From Staphylothermus hellenicus DSM 12710 (GTDB lineage Archaea > Thermoproteota > Thermoprotei_A > Sulfolobales > Desulfurococcaceae), in assembly GCF_000092465.1 (NCBI RefSeq), contig NC_014205.1, positions 1,140,001-1,172,000 of the forward strand: 32,000 nucleotides of DNA, read 5' to 3'. The position numbers and the translations under genes are program-made. The notes below the pieces were generated by a model. The model saw only the letters and a program-made list of their open reading frames with translations, was not told where the DNA came from and made no database searches. Shown one piece after another: positions 1 through 8,837 of this stretch (position 1 is the first letter of the stretch; every line of letters begins with the position of its first letter).

Positions 1-290
1 TTGTATGTCCGAGATGCGGTTCAGAAGATATAGAAATCGTTAAGCAATGGCAGCTCGTATCGCCGTTACCAGACAAATACGGAAGAATAACAATAACAAT
101 AATGGGTGTAATGCAGTGTAGGCGATGCGGATACAGGTGGAGAGGCGTGATTAGCAAGATTAAAGTTGGCGGGTCCGGAGTAGAAATTGAGGGGAAAAAA
201 GGAAAGAAGATTGTTGGAGAAAAAGAAAAACCGAGAAGAGTTAAGGAAATAGTATTGGACCTAGAGGATCTAGATCTTGAAGAGGAGTGA
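1..290 (+). CDS. Zinc-ribbon protein with K/E-rich tail (5' end off-window, partial)
   Basis: The frame is open from the window edge and reads VCPRCGSEDIEIVKQWQLVSPLPDKYGRITITIMGVMQCRRCGYRW. That gives two CxxC pairs, i.e. a 4-Cys ribbon. The ATG at 102 in the ORF track is internal to this frame. Confidence 0.6.
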   Translation, partial: VCPRCGSEDIEIVKQWQLVSPLPDKYGRITITIMGVMQCRRCGYRWRGVISKIKVGGSGVEIEGKKGKKIVGEKEKPRRVKEIVLDLEDLDLEEE

Positions 291-768
291 AGAAAAAAGC
301 AATAAACATTTTTCAATAAAGAATAAGAAGGTAGAGATCATCAAGTATGTTTTATTGATTCTAGTTATTATTCTAGCATTAAATACTAAAACAATACTTT
401 ACAGCGTAACCGGTTCAACCACGCCTATTGCTGTTGTTAAAGGATATAGCATGTTTCCTATACTTAGAGAAGGGGACATAGTATTTGCATATAGGCCTAG
501 CCCAAACGAGATCCGTGTAGGAGACATCATTATCTATAAGGGTTTAAATGGAGAATTAATAATACACAGAGTCATCAAAGTAATCATTAACGGGAACAAA
601 TACTACTATGTTACTAAAGGAGATAATAATCCATTTCCCGATTACCCGGAATTCCGAGGCCCCGGTATCCCTTATGAACGAGTTGAAGGTGTTGTTTTAG
701 AAATTAACGGCTCCATATTTAAAATACAATATCTAGGATACTTGTCGATATGGTTTCATGGTGGATGA
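277..768 (+). CDS. Signal peptidase I, archaeal/Sec11 type (S26B)
   Basis: An N-terminal TM segment is followed by VVKGYSMFPILREGDIVF (catalytic Ser box), IIHRVI (His box) and TKGDNNPFPD (conserved GDNN box). The start is TTG and overlaps the upstream gene. Confidence 0.8.
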   Translation: MKRSEEKSNKHFSIKNKKVEIIKYVLLILVIILALNTKTILYSVTGSTTPIAVVKGYSMFPILREGDIVFAYRPSPNEIRVGDIIIYKGLNGELIIHRVIKVIINGNKYYYVTKGDNNPFPDYPEFRGPGIPYERVEGVVLEINGSIFKIQYLGYLSIWFHGG

Positions 769-775
769 TCCATAA

Positions 776-2959
776 TTATTTGCTGTGTGAATATTTTATT
801 TTCTCAAAGTTTTGAATAACCTCAACTATCCATTTCCCCGTCGACTTTAGTTTCTTAATACTTGATAAGTATTTATCCCAATCAACACCTTCTCTTCTTT
901 TCCATTCCTCATAGGTTTTAACTATAGTATTTAATGCTTGGTAATGATATTTGCAAAGATTATTCTTATATGCTTCACGATTACACAGCATACATTTATT
1001 TGTAGGTGTTAAATAGCCGAGCCGGTAAGATAATGTTTTTCCGATCTGATACTTTTTCTTATCAAAAGACACAATTAATTTTATCAATGTATTCTTTGCA
1101 TCTCTTACTACCTCATCTCTCCTCCTAATACCTAATCTAATCTTTTCCATTTCACCCTCGAAATACCGTGTTAAGCTAACGCTTGTGATTTCGGGGAAAT
1201 ATTCCATTAATACCTCTATTATGCCCAGACCTAGATCGGTAGCTTCAACTCTGCCGCCAACACTTCTTAAATATTTTCTATTAAACAGTATCTCTATGAT
1301 TCTAGCCCTAGTTGCTTCTGTTCCTATGCCTACGTTCTCCATCCATCTAAGAATCTTTATCCTACTTATTTTCTCCGGGGGCTTTGTATATGTTTTTCTA
1401 ATTGATGCTTTTGTTATCTTAACTTTTTCTCCATGTTGAAACCTGGGCAGAAATCTTTCTTCAGGCATACTAAATGGATAATAACGTAGCCAACCTAGCT
1501 CGAGTATTTTTCGTCCACTCGCCATGAAAACCATGCTAGGATCTTTAGGATACTCTAAATAAACTATTCTATGAGAAATCCTTGCTCTAGAGGCAAATGC
1601 TGCTAGAAATCTTCTAACGATTAAATCATATATTTTCCACTCATCCTTACCTAGATCCTTGGGTTTTACACCTGTTGGATAAATTGCTGGATGAGCAGGG
1701 TCATCCTTGGGTCCTTGAACTGGTTTTAAAACACCTCTTGTTTCAACTAGTAGATTAGATATTAGTTCTTTGTAGTTATTTATTCTACTAAGCTTATTCA
1801 TTATTCCCTTATAGTTTAATGTTGGTGGTAGTTTCTGACTATTTGTTCGGGGATAACTAATTAATGCATCTAGATACAGTTTTTCAGCTATACTCTGTGT
1901 CTTATATGGGCTGAACCTATATATTCTAGCTGCTTCCTCTTGTAGATCGCCTAGATTGAATGCGGGAGGAGGATTTAACCAGTATTTTTTCTCCTCATAC
2001 TTTTTAACTGTTAAATACCCTGTATTTTTTATATCCTTTATTATTTCTTTAGCTTTCTTCTTTGTCTCGACAGCCTTACCTTTATACTCTACATGTATTT
2101 CATAATTGTTCTTGGATATATTTATTGATAATGAGTATTGAGGCAATGGAATAAATAATCTTCTCTCAATATCTTTTTCTACAATATATCTAAGTGTTGG
2201 AGTCTGAACACGGCCTGCACTTAAAATCACTCTTTTACCAGAAGCCATTTTTACAGAACTCATTAGTGCCCTACTAATATTTATGCCCCAAATCCAGTCT
2301 AACTCGTGTCTACAAAGTCCTGCCTCGATCATTTCCCAGTCTAGACTAGTGAGTTTTCTAAAGGATTCTCTAAGTTCACCAATTGTTAGACTAGAAAATT
2401 TTGCTCTCAAACTTTTTTCTAAATCACCATGAAAATATATGATTAGGTAGCCAATCACTGAACCTTCGATATCATAGTCACATGCATTAACATAGTAATC
2501 AGCATTACTACATAGCTTGGAAAGAGCAGTTATGAATTTCTTGGTGTGTTTTGCTTTATGTCCAATTTGATACAGTGGTTTCCATTCATATCTAAACACG
2601 GGGTAACCATATTGATCAGTATGTAATCCATAAAGATGCCCGGCAGCACTAGCTACAATGATTAAGCCATTCTTGGTTTTAATCATATAATATGGTATAC
2701 CATATATTGATTTTCGTATAGGATTTTTTGAAAGAGCTAATGCTATTTTATTAGCTGCTTTTGGTTTTTCAGCTATAACAACTATTTTGCCTGTAAGATC
2801 CCATATGTTACGAGTTATTTTTATCTTTGCTTTTTCTGTAACCTTTCTGGGTAAAGTTTTCTCTTCGGCTTTAACATGTTCTTTCTCTTGTTTCTTACTA
2901 TATGACAATATATAATCAATGATTGATTTCTTCGCCTTAACCTTCACTAGGACCCCCAT
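776..2959 (-). CDS. topA: Type IA DNA topoisomerase (archaeal TopA/topoisomerase III-like)
   Basis: TOPRIM motifs are present: VVIAEKPKAA (catalytic Glu) and ACDYDIEGS (DxD). The active-site Tyr motif is ISYPRTNS. The C-terminus has a Cys/His cluster, CMLCNREAYKNNLCKYH. A roughly 58-aa Lys-rich extension precedes TOPRIM. Confidence 0.9.
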   Translation of the reverse strand: MGVLVKVKAKKSIIDYILSYSKKQEKEHVKAEEKTLPRKVTEKAKIKITRNIWDLTGKIVVIAEKPKAANKIALALSKNPIRKSIYGIPYYMIKTKNGLIIVASAAGHLYGLHTDQYGYPVFRYEWKPLYQIGHKAKHTKKFITALSKLCSNADYYVNACDYDIEGSVIGYLIIYFHGDLEKSLRAKFSSLTIGELRESFRKLTSLDWEMIEAGLCRHELDWIWGINISRALMSSVKMASGKRVILSAGRVQTPTLRYIVEKDIERRLFIPLPQYSLSINISKNNYEIHVEYKGKAVETKKKAKEIIKDIKNTGYLTVKKYEEKKYWLNPPPAFNLGDLQEEAARIYRFSPYKTQSIAEKLYLDALISYPRTNSQKLPPTLNYKGIMNKLSRINNYKELISNLLVETRGVLKPVQGPKDDPAHPAIYPTGVKPKDLGKDEWKIYDLIVRRFLAAFASRARISHRIVYLEYPKDPSMVFMASGRKILELGWLRYYPFSMPEERFLPRFQHGEKVKITKASIRKTYTKPPEKISRIKILRWMENVGIGTEATRARIIEILFNRKYLRSVGGRVEATDLGLGIIEVLMEYFPEITSVSLTRYFEGEMEKIRLGIRRRDEVVRDAKNTLIKLIVSFDKKKYQIGKTLSYRLGYLTPTNKCMLCNREAYKNNLCKYHYQALNTIVKTYEEWKRREGVDWDKYLSSIKKLKSTGKWIVEVIQNFEKIKYSHSK

Positions 2960-2983
2960 ATTAACCTAGTTTCAAATATGCCT

Positions 2984-4162
2984 CTATACCGGTAAAGGCA
3001 GAGTTAAAACTATTAAGAGAATATATGCTAGTAAGATCGAATAGTCTTTACTGCTAGAGAATTGATTAGCTGGTCCTGGATGAGGATGCCTTCCAAACAA
3101 CAATTTAAAAATAACTAATATAATTGATAATGCAATATAGTATTGACCGGCCATTGTGCCAAGTAGGAAGACTCCTGTCACCGCTGTCGAGATTATTATG
3201 AAATATCCTATTAGTTCATGAGTATATGCTGTAGTAAAGGAGCGAACTACATGGCCACCATCAAGTTGTCCAATGGGCAATAGGTTTAGGAATGTAACAA
3301 TGAATATAATAAATGATATAAAAGCCAGTGGATGAAGCAAAACAGTGTTTCCAGAAGATATATTCCTTATTAGCAACAACAATATCATTGTTAAAGGCAT
3401 AAAACCTATCTCTGATGCCTGACCTGATTCTACAAGTTCTCTCGACATACTTATTGGTATTGTTGGAGAAAACATTACGCCTATGAATCCAATAATTAAT
3501 GCAACAATATAGCCGAATAATGGACCGGAAATCCCAAGCTTTGCTAGATCACGCCGGGTTGGAGGCAGGGATTTCATACTAATAACTGCGCCTAAAGTAC
3601 CTATGAAACCTAACTGTATTGGTGGAGCCGGTATAAAATATGGTCCTTCAATAATTACTCCTGATTTCTTAGATGAAAACATATGTCCAAACTCATGGAA
3701 ACCTAAAGCAAAGAGAAATAAAGCTGTATAGATAATGCTCCACTCAATAATTACTAATTGATTAATGACTAATTGATTATTGATTCTTCTAAGCAACTCA
3801 TAAAATGAAATGGTAATACCGTATCCAGTCAAGAAAATTGTTACTATGGTTGTTAATAGAAGAATTATTTGTTTAATCTTCGGATTTCCTTTTCTAATGG
3901 GTATTAGTCTCAAAGTAGGCGGATCAGTTCTTAGCTGTAGGATCATATAACTATATTTATCAACTATATAACTATATATTTCGTTAAATACTTTTTCATC
4001 TAATCGTTCATTTATCACTATGTCAAAGACTTTCCCTGTTTTCTCAACTGTATAGTCTTTAATATGTGTGGCTAAGCGTCCAGCTCTTGAGAGTTGTTTC
4101 AAGATATCTTCTATTATCGGGGGATAAGGCTTTTGAAATGGGGACAAGTTCGTATTCTCCAT
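2984..4162 (-). CDS. Site-2 protease family (M50) membrane metalloprotease
   Basis: It has HEFGHMF (HExxH) in a TM helix, NLLPIGQLDGGHV (the M50 LDG motif) and multiple hydrophobic segments. The first ~35 codons overlap rpoK out of frame, and a GTG at the DIVIN position is an alternative start. Confidence 0.85.
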   Translation of the reverse strand: MENTNLSPFQKPYPPIIEDILKQLSRAGRLATHIKDYTVEKTGKVFDIVINERLDEKVFNEIYSYIVDKYSYMILQLRTDPPTLRLIPIRKGNPKIKQIILLLTTIVTIFLTGYGITISFYELLRRINNQLVINQLVIIEWSIIYTALFLFALGFHEFGHMFSSKKSGVIIEGPYFIPAPPIQLGFIGTLGAVISMKSLPPTRRDLAKLGISGPLFGYIVALIIGFIGVMFSPTIPISMSRELVESGQASEIGFMPLTMILLLLIRNISSGNTVLLHPLAFISFIIFIVTFLNLLPIGQLDGGHVVRSFTTAYTHELIGYFIIISTAVTGVFLLGTMAGQYYIALSIILVIFKLLFGRHPHPGPANQFSSSKDYSILLAYILLIVLTLPLPV

Positions 4163-4373
4163 TAGGCATCATCCTTTTAATTGTCATAGGCAGTAATCCT
4201 TTCAACAGCTCTAAAATAGCTATAGCTACAGGGTCTTTTACAGGTGCTTCCTCAGGGTTAATTAGGGGAGGAGCTCCAAGAGATAATTGAAGAGCTCTTG
4301 CACCTATAACACGTGCGATCTCAAAACGGGTAAGCCTATTCTTCCAAGCATTTATTCTCTGATCAAAAATCAT
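4059..4373 (-). CDS. rpoK: DNA-directed RNA polymerase subunit K (Rpo6)
   Basis: NRLTRFEIARVIGARALQLSLGAPPLI is the Rpo6/RpoK core signature. A ~23-aa C-terminal extension runs into the M50 gene. Confidence 0.85.
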   Translation of the reverse strand: MIFDQRINAWKNRLTRFEIARVIGARALQLSLGAPPLINPEEAPVKDPVAIAILELLKGLLPMTIKRMMPNGEYELVPISKALSPDNRRYLETTLKSWTLSHTY

Positions 4374-4481
4374 TTCCCATATACCCTGGACTGTTTTTAT
4401 TAGGTAAATATCTGGAGAAAAACATGTATATAAAGATTTAAAAATATTGTTTATTTGAATTAATTAAAAACTCTTTTTATA

Positions 4482-6146
4482 TTAGAAGCCGCCGAATTTT
4501 CCTCCTGGCCCTACTCCTGCTCCTCTTCCTTTCTCTTTTTCTTCCTTCTTTAATGGGGTTGCACTAATAATATCGTCTATTTTCAGAATTGTTGTTGCAG
4601 CTTCTGTTGCGCTTTTAATAATGTTTGTTTTTACAATTAACGGTTCAACAACATTGATCTTAGTCATATCCTCGACTACTTTACCATTGATAACATCGAT
4701 GCCGGCACTGATTTTTCCTTCACTATGTAATTGTCTAAGCTTCATTAACACTTCTAATGGGTCTTGACCAGCTGTCTCGGCTAAGATCATCGGTATTTCT
4801 TCAAGTGCGGTTGCGAATGCTTCAATGGCCAATTGTTCTTTGCCACCTATCTTGGCTGCAAACTCTCTTAATCTAAGAGCTAATTCTACCTCGGGAGCTC
4901 CTCCACCTGGAAGTATCTTGGGTACTCTCATAATATTTCTTAGAACATTTAATGCATCCTTAAGGCTTCTCTCAACTTCATCTAGAACCATATCGTTTGC
5001 TCCACGTACTAGGATTGTAACTGCCTTGGGGTTCTTGCATCCCTCAATAAATACCATTTTATCGTTTCCTACACGGCGCTCTTCTACTAGTTCAGCATAT
5101 CCTAGATCCTCGGGTTTTAGATCTCTAATACTACTCACTATTTTTCCTCCTGTTGCTTTTTCTAGTTTTTCCATGTCTGATCTTTTTACTCTTCTTACTG
5201 CTAGTATTCCTTTCTTTGCTAGGAAGTGCTGGGCTACTTCATCAATACCCTTCTGACAAATAACAACATTAGCACCAGTACCAGCAATCTTATCAACCAT
5301 TTCTTTGAGGAGTTTTGATTCTTCGTCTAGGAATGACTTGATCAGATCTGGACTGTTAATGTTGATCTTTGCTGTTATTTCTGGTTTTTCAACTTCTAAT
5401 GGTGCATCTATTAATGCGATCTTTGCGTTTTCAACTCTTTTAGGCATGCCGGGATGAACAACTTCCTTATCAAGGACAATGCCGTAAACTAGCTGTGTAT
5501 CAGCTGTACTTCCGCCTTTCTTTTTCTCGATTTTTACATCGTCTATTTTAAAGTTATATGTTCCATCAGGTCTTTTCTCGGCAACTGTTAATGCTGCATC
5601 AATAGCCATATTAGCTAGTTTCTCGCCAATAGCGCCTTTGCCAATGTATTTGCTTGCTATTGCGGTGTCAACGATTTTCCTCATCATTCCCCTATCCATT
5701 GGATCTACTTTTATAGCGATTTCTTCTAGTATTCTAATTGCTTCCTTCATAGCTTTAGTGTATCCTTCAATAATCGTTGTTGGATGAATATTTTGTTCTA
5801 GTAGTTCTTCTGCTTTCTCTAATAGTGCTCCAGCGAACACTACTGCTGATGTTGTGCCGTCGCCTACTTCTGCATCTTGAGCCTTTGCAACCTCCACTAA
5901 TAGTTTCGCAGCAGGATGTTGAACCTCCATTTCTTTCACAATAGTTGCACCATCATTTGTAACAGTTATATCGCCAAAACTGTCTACAAGCATTTTATCT
6001 AGGCCGCGTGGTCCAAGACTAGTTTTTAGCACTTCTGCTAGTGCTCGAGCAGCCATTATGTTTGCTCTTAAAGCATCACGTCCAGCTGTTCTCTGTGTTC
6101 CCTCCTTAAGTATAAGTACGGGTACGCTATAGAGTGCCATAACCAT
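4482..6146 (-). CDS. ths: Thermosome subunit (group II chaperonin)
   Basis: Group II chaperonin motifs are present: [41 protein letters not shown] and VPGGGAPE. Length is 554 aa with a G-rich tail. Confidence 0.97.
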   Translation of the reverse strand: MVMALYSVPVLILKEGTQRTAGRDALRANIMAARALAEVLKTSLGPRGLDKMLVDSFGDITVTNDGATIVKEMEVQHPAAKLLVEVAKAQDAEVGDGTTSAVVFAGALLEKAEELLEQNIHPTTIIEGYTKAMKEAIRILEEIAIKVDPMDRGMMRKIVDTAIASKYIGKGAIGEKLANMAIDAALTVAEKRPDGTYNFKIDDVKIEKKKGGSTADTQLVYGIVLDKEVVHPGMPKRVENAKIALIDAPLEVEKPEITAKININSPDLIKSFLDEESKLLKEMVDKIAGTGANVVICQKGIDEVAQHFLAKKGILAVRRVKRSDMEKLEKATGGKIVSSIRDLKPEDLGYAELVEERRVGNDKMVFIEGCKNPKAVTILVRGANDMVLDEVERSLKDALNVLRNIMRVPKILPGGGAPEVELALRLREFAAKIGGKEQLAIEAFATALEEIPMILAETAGQDPLEVLMKLRQLHSEGKISAGIDVINGKVVEDMTKINVVEPLIVKTNIIKSATEAATTILKIDDIISATPLKKEEKEKGRGAGVGPGGKFGGF

Positions 6147-6155
6147 ACACCCCGC

Positions 6156-6184
6156 GAGAATTCACATATTTATCTAGAATTCTC
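6156..6184 (-). promoter_or_regulatory. Thermosome promoter: TATA-like element bracketed by the 8-bp palindrome GAGAATTC/GAATTCTC
   Basis: The minus strand reads GAGAATTC-TAGATAAATATGT-GAATTCTC-gcggggtgt-ATG. The A/T box is centred about 24 nt upstream of the ATG at 6146, a leaderless-type spacing. The proximal half-site lies between the TATA box and the start. Confidence 0.5.
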
Positions 6185-6293
6185 TTCCTTTTCTGGATTC
6201 ATTAAACCACTTCTATATAAATGTTTCTCTGAAGATGCAAAACCAAAAATAATATATCTGAAACAAAATACATACTGAGAGAAACTGGCAGGG

Positions 6294-6650
6294 GTGTTGA
6301 ATAATATGCCTTGTGAAAACATAGATGAAATAGTAAATAAAATTGTCAAGGTATATTCGAAATACATTGATGACGATCTAGACATATATAGTGGGAATAG
6401 ATATTTAACGGTAGTCATTGAATCCTTAATACATGAAACATTAAAGGAAGAACTAGATAGGAAAAAACTACAAGAAATAGCTACGAAGCTACGTGATACA
6501 ATCTTAGATGGGCCTGGAAACTTGAATCCATACGTTATGGAGTTACTAGGTATACTTGAAGAATCAACTAATGATGAGAACCTAGAGGAAGCTCTTAATC
6601 TTGCAAAGCGGTTGCTTAAAGAAGATAGATTTGATAAGTTAGAGGTGTAG
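6294..6650 (+). CDS. Hypothetical acidic helical protein
   Basis: The ORF is 118 aa and shows no motif I recognise. It starts at GTG, with an in-frame ATG at 6306. It is divergent from the thermosome gene. Confidence 0.5.
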   Translation: MLNNMPCENIDEIVNKIVKVYSKYIDDDLDIYSGNRYLTVVIESLIHETLKEELDRKKLQEIATKLRDTILDGPGNLNPYVMELLGILEESTNDENLEEALNLAKRLLKEDRFDKLEV

Positions 6651-6661
6651 ATATATCTACA

Positions 6662-7030
6662 TTATATTTTAAAAGCTATATTGAAGCCATAAAATACTGA
6701 CCTAATACTTCTCCTAAGAACAAATAAGTCTAAATCTTCCCTGCCAAAACTACCTTTTTGCTCAAAAATCATTTTACCTTTGTAATATACTCTAATACAA
6801 GGTATTTCATTAACACCTTCACCAAGATCAGGGTTTTTGCCGATGTTGATTCGTAGAAACAATATTCTAGGATCAGCGTATCTAGATAATTGCTTCACAA
6901 CTCTACTAAACTTTTTGCTCTCAACAGAGTTTTGATTATAATACTCAATTATTACAACATCATTAGACTTAACAGCCCTGAAAAATTCCTCTTTAGAACT
7001 AATCTCTACTAATGACATCTCGAACCACAC
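6662..7030 (-). CDS. Thioredoxin-fold protein lacking the CxxC active site
   Basis: The thioredoxin layout is readable: VVIIEYYNQNSVESKKF sits where thioredoxins have W-C-G-P-C, the cis-Pro motif is EIPCIRVY, and YKGKMIFEQKG follows. There is no Cys pair. The start may be the inner Met at 7018. Confidence 0.6.
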   Translation of the reverse strand: MWFEMSLVEISSKEEFFRAVKSNDVVIIEYYNQNSVESKKFSRVVKQLSRYADPRILFLRINIGKNPDLGEGVNEIPCIRVYYKGKMIFEQKGSFGREDLDLFVLRRSIRSVFYGFNIAFKI

Positions 7031-7217
7031 CAGACTCCTTCATTTGATAAACTATGCCAAGAGCCTTATATGCTTCCTTCAATATTGTTAGGAAAAACAA
7101 GTTCACAATCTTGTTTTCATCATCAATTGTTTGATAGAACCCGTTTCCGGCTAGAAACATAATTCTTCTGAGACGCTTAGCTATTTCACCAAGATCGTTA
7201 TTCTCCATACAAATCAC
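6999..7217 (-). CDS. Hypothetical small protein
   Basis: The ORF is 72 aa, in an operon-like arrangement between two minus-strand genes. No motif was recognised. Confidence 0.35.
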   Translation of the reverse strand: MICMENNDLGEIAKRLRRIMFLAGNGFYQTIDDENKIVNLFFLTILKEAYKALGIVYQMKESGVVRDVISRD

Positions 7218-7225
7218 CGATAATA

Positions 7226-8068
7226 TTAAACGGGTATCTTCCTATTCGATATCTCTTCTTTAATCAATGCTATGTCTTTAGGTTTTAAATATATCTGGTA
7301 ATAAATTTTTAATGGATCAATTTTTGATCTAGGAGTTTTTATTCCTTCCCTACTTACAAAAACAAACCCGTATTCAAGAACTTCTCTAAGCTCTGCGACA
7401 CTAGCTTCTTTGACAAATTCCCGTAGTTTTTCATCGAAACCTATTTGTTCACGAATATATGTCTCAGTAACCGTATGTCCACAAATATAACAAGTATAAT
7501 CAGGCATTATCGCGTTAAAACCACATTTAGGACACTTAACAGGGGATGGACGACCATATTTTTCCCATACATATTGTAAGTAACTAATTAAGTCTTTCCT
7601 ATTCTTCTTGACAAGTATTCTATATAATCTGGAGATCTCAGGTATGATCATTCTTTTTCCATAATAAACTATGAATTCAAGTTGTTCATCAGTGAAATCA
7701 TTTAGTTCTTCAAGCATATGAGCAGCAATTAACATATTAATTAATTCTCTATTCCTCGCTATCCTCTTTAATATCGTGTCTGTGCTAGGCCTATACGATG
7801 TTGATGTTATAACTATATCAAGTATTTCCCTAGTAATTTTCTGTTTTAACTTATCCGGCAATTGTAAAGTATCCATTCCTGTATATTCACTAATGTCATT
7901 AACAAGTTTCTTAGCTAAAACATCTAGGTCTAAAACTTTTTTCTTTCTACGTTTCTTCTTCTTTTTTGGTTTATCCCTAGCAACTATTTCCTTTTTAGCT
8001 TTATTGTTTTTCTTCCTACTTTTTCTTTTAATTAAGATCACCTCTAGAAATAAGAGTGAATGAAACAA
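7226..8068 (-). CDS. Hypothetical protein with polybasic N-terminus and internal 4-Cys zinc ribbon
   Basis: The N-terminus has KRKSRKKNNKAKKEIVARDKPKKKKKRRKKK. A CxxC-x10-CxxC ribbon follows (CPKCGFNAIMPDYTCYICG). The start is TTG at 8068 or GTG at 8041. Confidence 0.55.
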   Translation of the reverse strand: MFHSLLFLEVILIKRKSRKKNNKAKKEIVARDKPKKKKKRRKKKVLDLDVLAKKLVNDISEYTGMDTLQLPDKLKQKITREILDIVITSTSYRPSTDTILKRIARNRELINMLIAAHMLEELNDFTDEQLEFIVYYGKRMIIPEISRLYRILVKKNRKDLISYLQYVWEKYGRPSPVKCPKCGFNAIMPDYTCYICGHTVTETYIREQIGFDEKLREFVKEASVAELREVLEYGFVFVSREGIKTPRSKIDPLKIYYQIYLKPKDIALIKEEISNRKIPV

Positions 8069-8073
8069 TATTT

Positions 8074-8388
8074 TTATTGTTCCTCTTCATATGTAAAGTT
8101 CATATACTCATCTATATAGCGAGAGATCAGATAGCTCACGACTAGTTTGCCTATGCCTTTATTTCTAGACAGCCTACGCAGCAGTTTCTCAAATTTTTCG
8201 GGATCATATTCTCCACGTAGGCTTTCCTTAACAAATTTTTCAATAATATATTCTAGGATGTCTTCGTATTCTGATGCAATATCTATTTTGTCTTCATAGT
8301 ATTGCTCAACAACTTCCTCTATTAGGTCACCAAGATATTGTTCTGCTAGGTCAACAAAATATTCGATCAGTGGAGATTCATAGTCCAA
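8074..8388 (-). CDS. Hypothetical highly acidic protein
   Basis: The ORF is 104 aa, rich in E/D/Y, and ends 5 nt before the next gene. No motif was recognised. Confidence 0.5.
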   Translation of the reverse strand: MDYESPLIEYFVDLAEQYLGDLIEEVVEQYYEDKIDIASEYEDILEYIIEKFVKESLRGEYDPEKFEKLLRRLSRNKGIGKLVVSYLISRYIDEYMNFTYEEEQ

Positions 8389-8543
8389 TATTTTATCCCA
8401 CCACCTTTTCTCTCACAAACCAAAAATACTTTTACTCCCTCTTATAAAACGACTCGTTTATTTACAGCTATATAACTTTTTATCTATAGAAAGAAATATT
8501 ATGAGTTAATAAGTAATTGTTTATTTTGAGGAGGTTAGTTTCG

Positions 8544-8834
8544 GTGGAGGGTCTCTCACCAATTTATAAGTGGACTAGGCCTTTAAGTTATGACGTAGTA
8601 TATAAAGGATTTAATAAGGCAAGAATAATTGTATTTGCTGAAGCCTTGGATGAAAATAATTATAAAATAGTTGCGAGAGACAAGGATTTATTGATCTATG
8701 GATACGATGAATTATCTAATGAAACCTATTATCTCAAGATCAAATTATGGTTTAAAATTAAAAAAGTAGAGAAAATTCTTAGAAACGGGATATTAACACT
8801 TAATATAAAAGGAAAACGTTTCTGGATCTTCTAG
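8544..8834 (+). CDS. Small protein, possibly Hsp20/alpha-crystallin-like (tentative)
   Basis: GAGGAGGT at 8528-8535 lies 8 nt upstream of the GTG at 8544; the ORF track starts at the TTG at 8517. The pattern YKIVARDKDLLIYG ... ILRNGILTLNIKGK resembles the beta-strand pattern of alpha-crystallin domains. This is judged by eye only. Confidence 0.4.
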   Translation: MEGLSPIYKWTRPLSYDVVYKGFNKARIIVFAEALDENNYKIVARDKDLLIYGYDELSNETYYLKIKLWFKIKKVEKILRNGILTLNIKGKRFWIF

Positions 8835-8837
8835 GCT

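Noticed and set aside
1185-1439. An 84-aa plus-strand ORF lies inside the topoisomerase gene. Similar antisense or shadow ORFs occur at 4066..4290, 4825..5256, 7776..8063, 10988..11248, 11735..12247, 14057..14367, 15251..15496, 15732..16055, 16230..16451, 16498..16725, 17282..17539, 17687..17899, 18544..18778, 22673..22888, 22990..23239, 23499..23744, 24560..24856, 26311..26511, 26719..27108, 27424..27865, 28150..28649, 29176..29364, 30339..30527 and 30978..31209.
   Set aside because: Each lies wholly or mostly antisense to, or out of frame within, a gene with clear family motifs. Their translations are low-complexity (S/L/F/I-rich), as expected for the reverse strand of K/E-rich genes.
6170-6418. 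An 82-aa minus-strand ORF lies upstream of the thermosome gene.
   Set aside because: It overlaps the thermosome promoter and palindrome and the start of the divergent ORF 6294..6650. Its composition is implausible (MTTVKYLFPLYMSRSSSMYFEY...).
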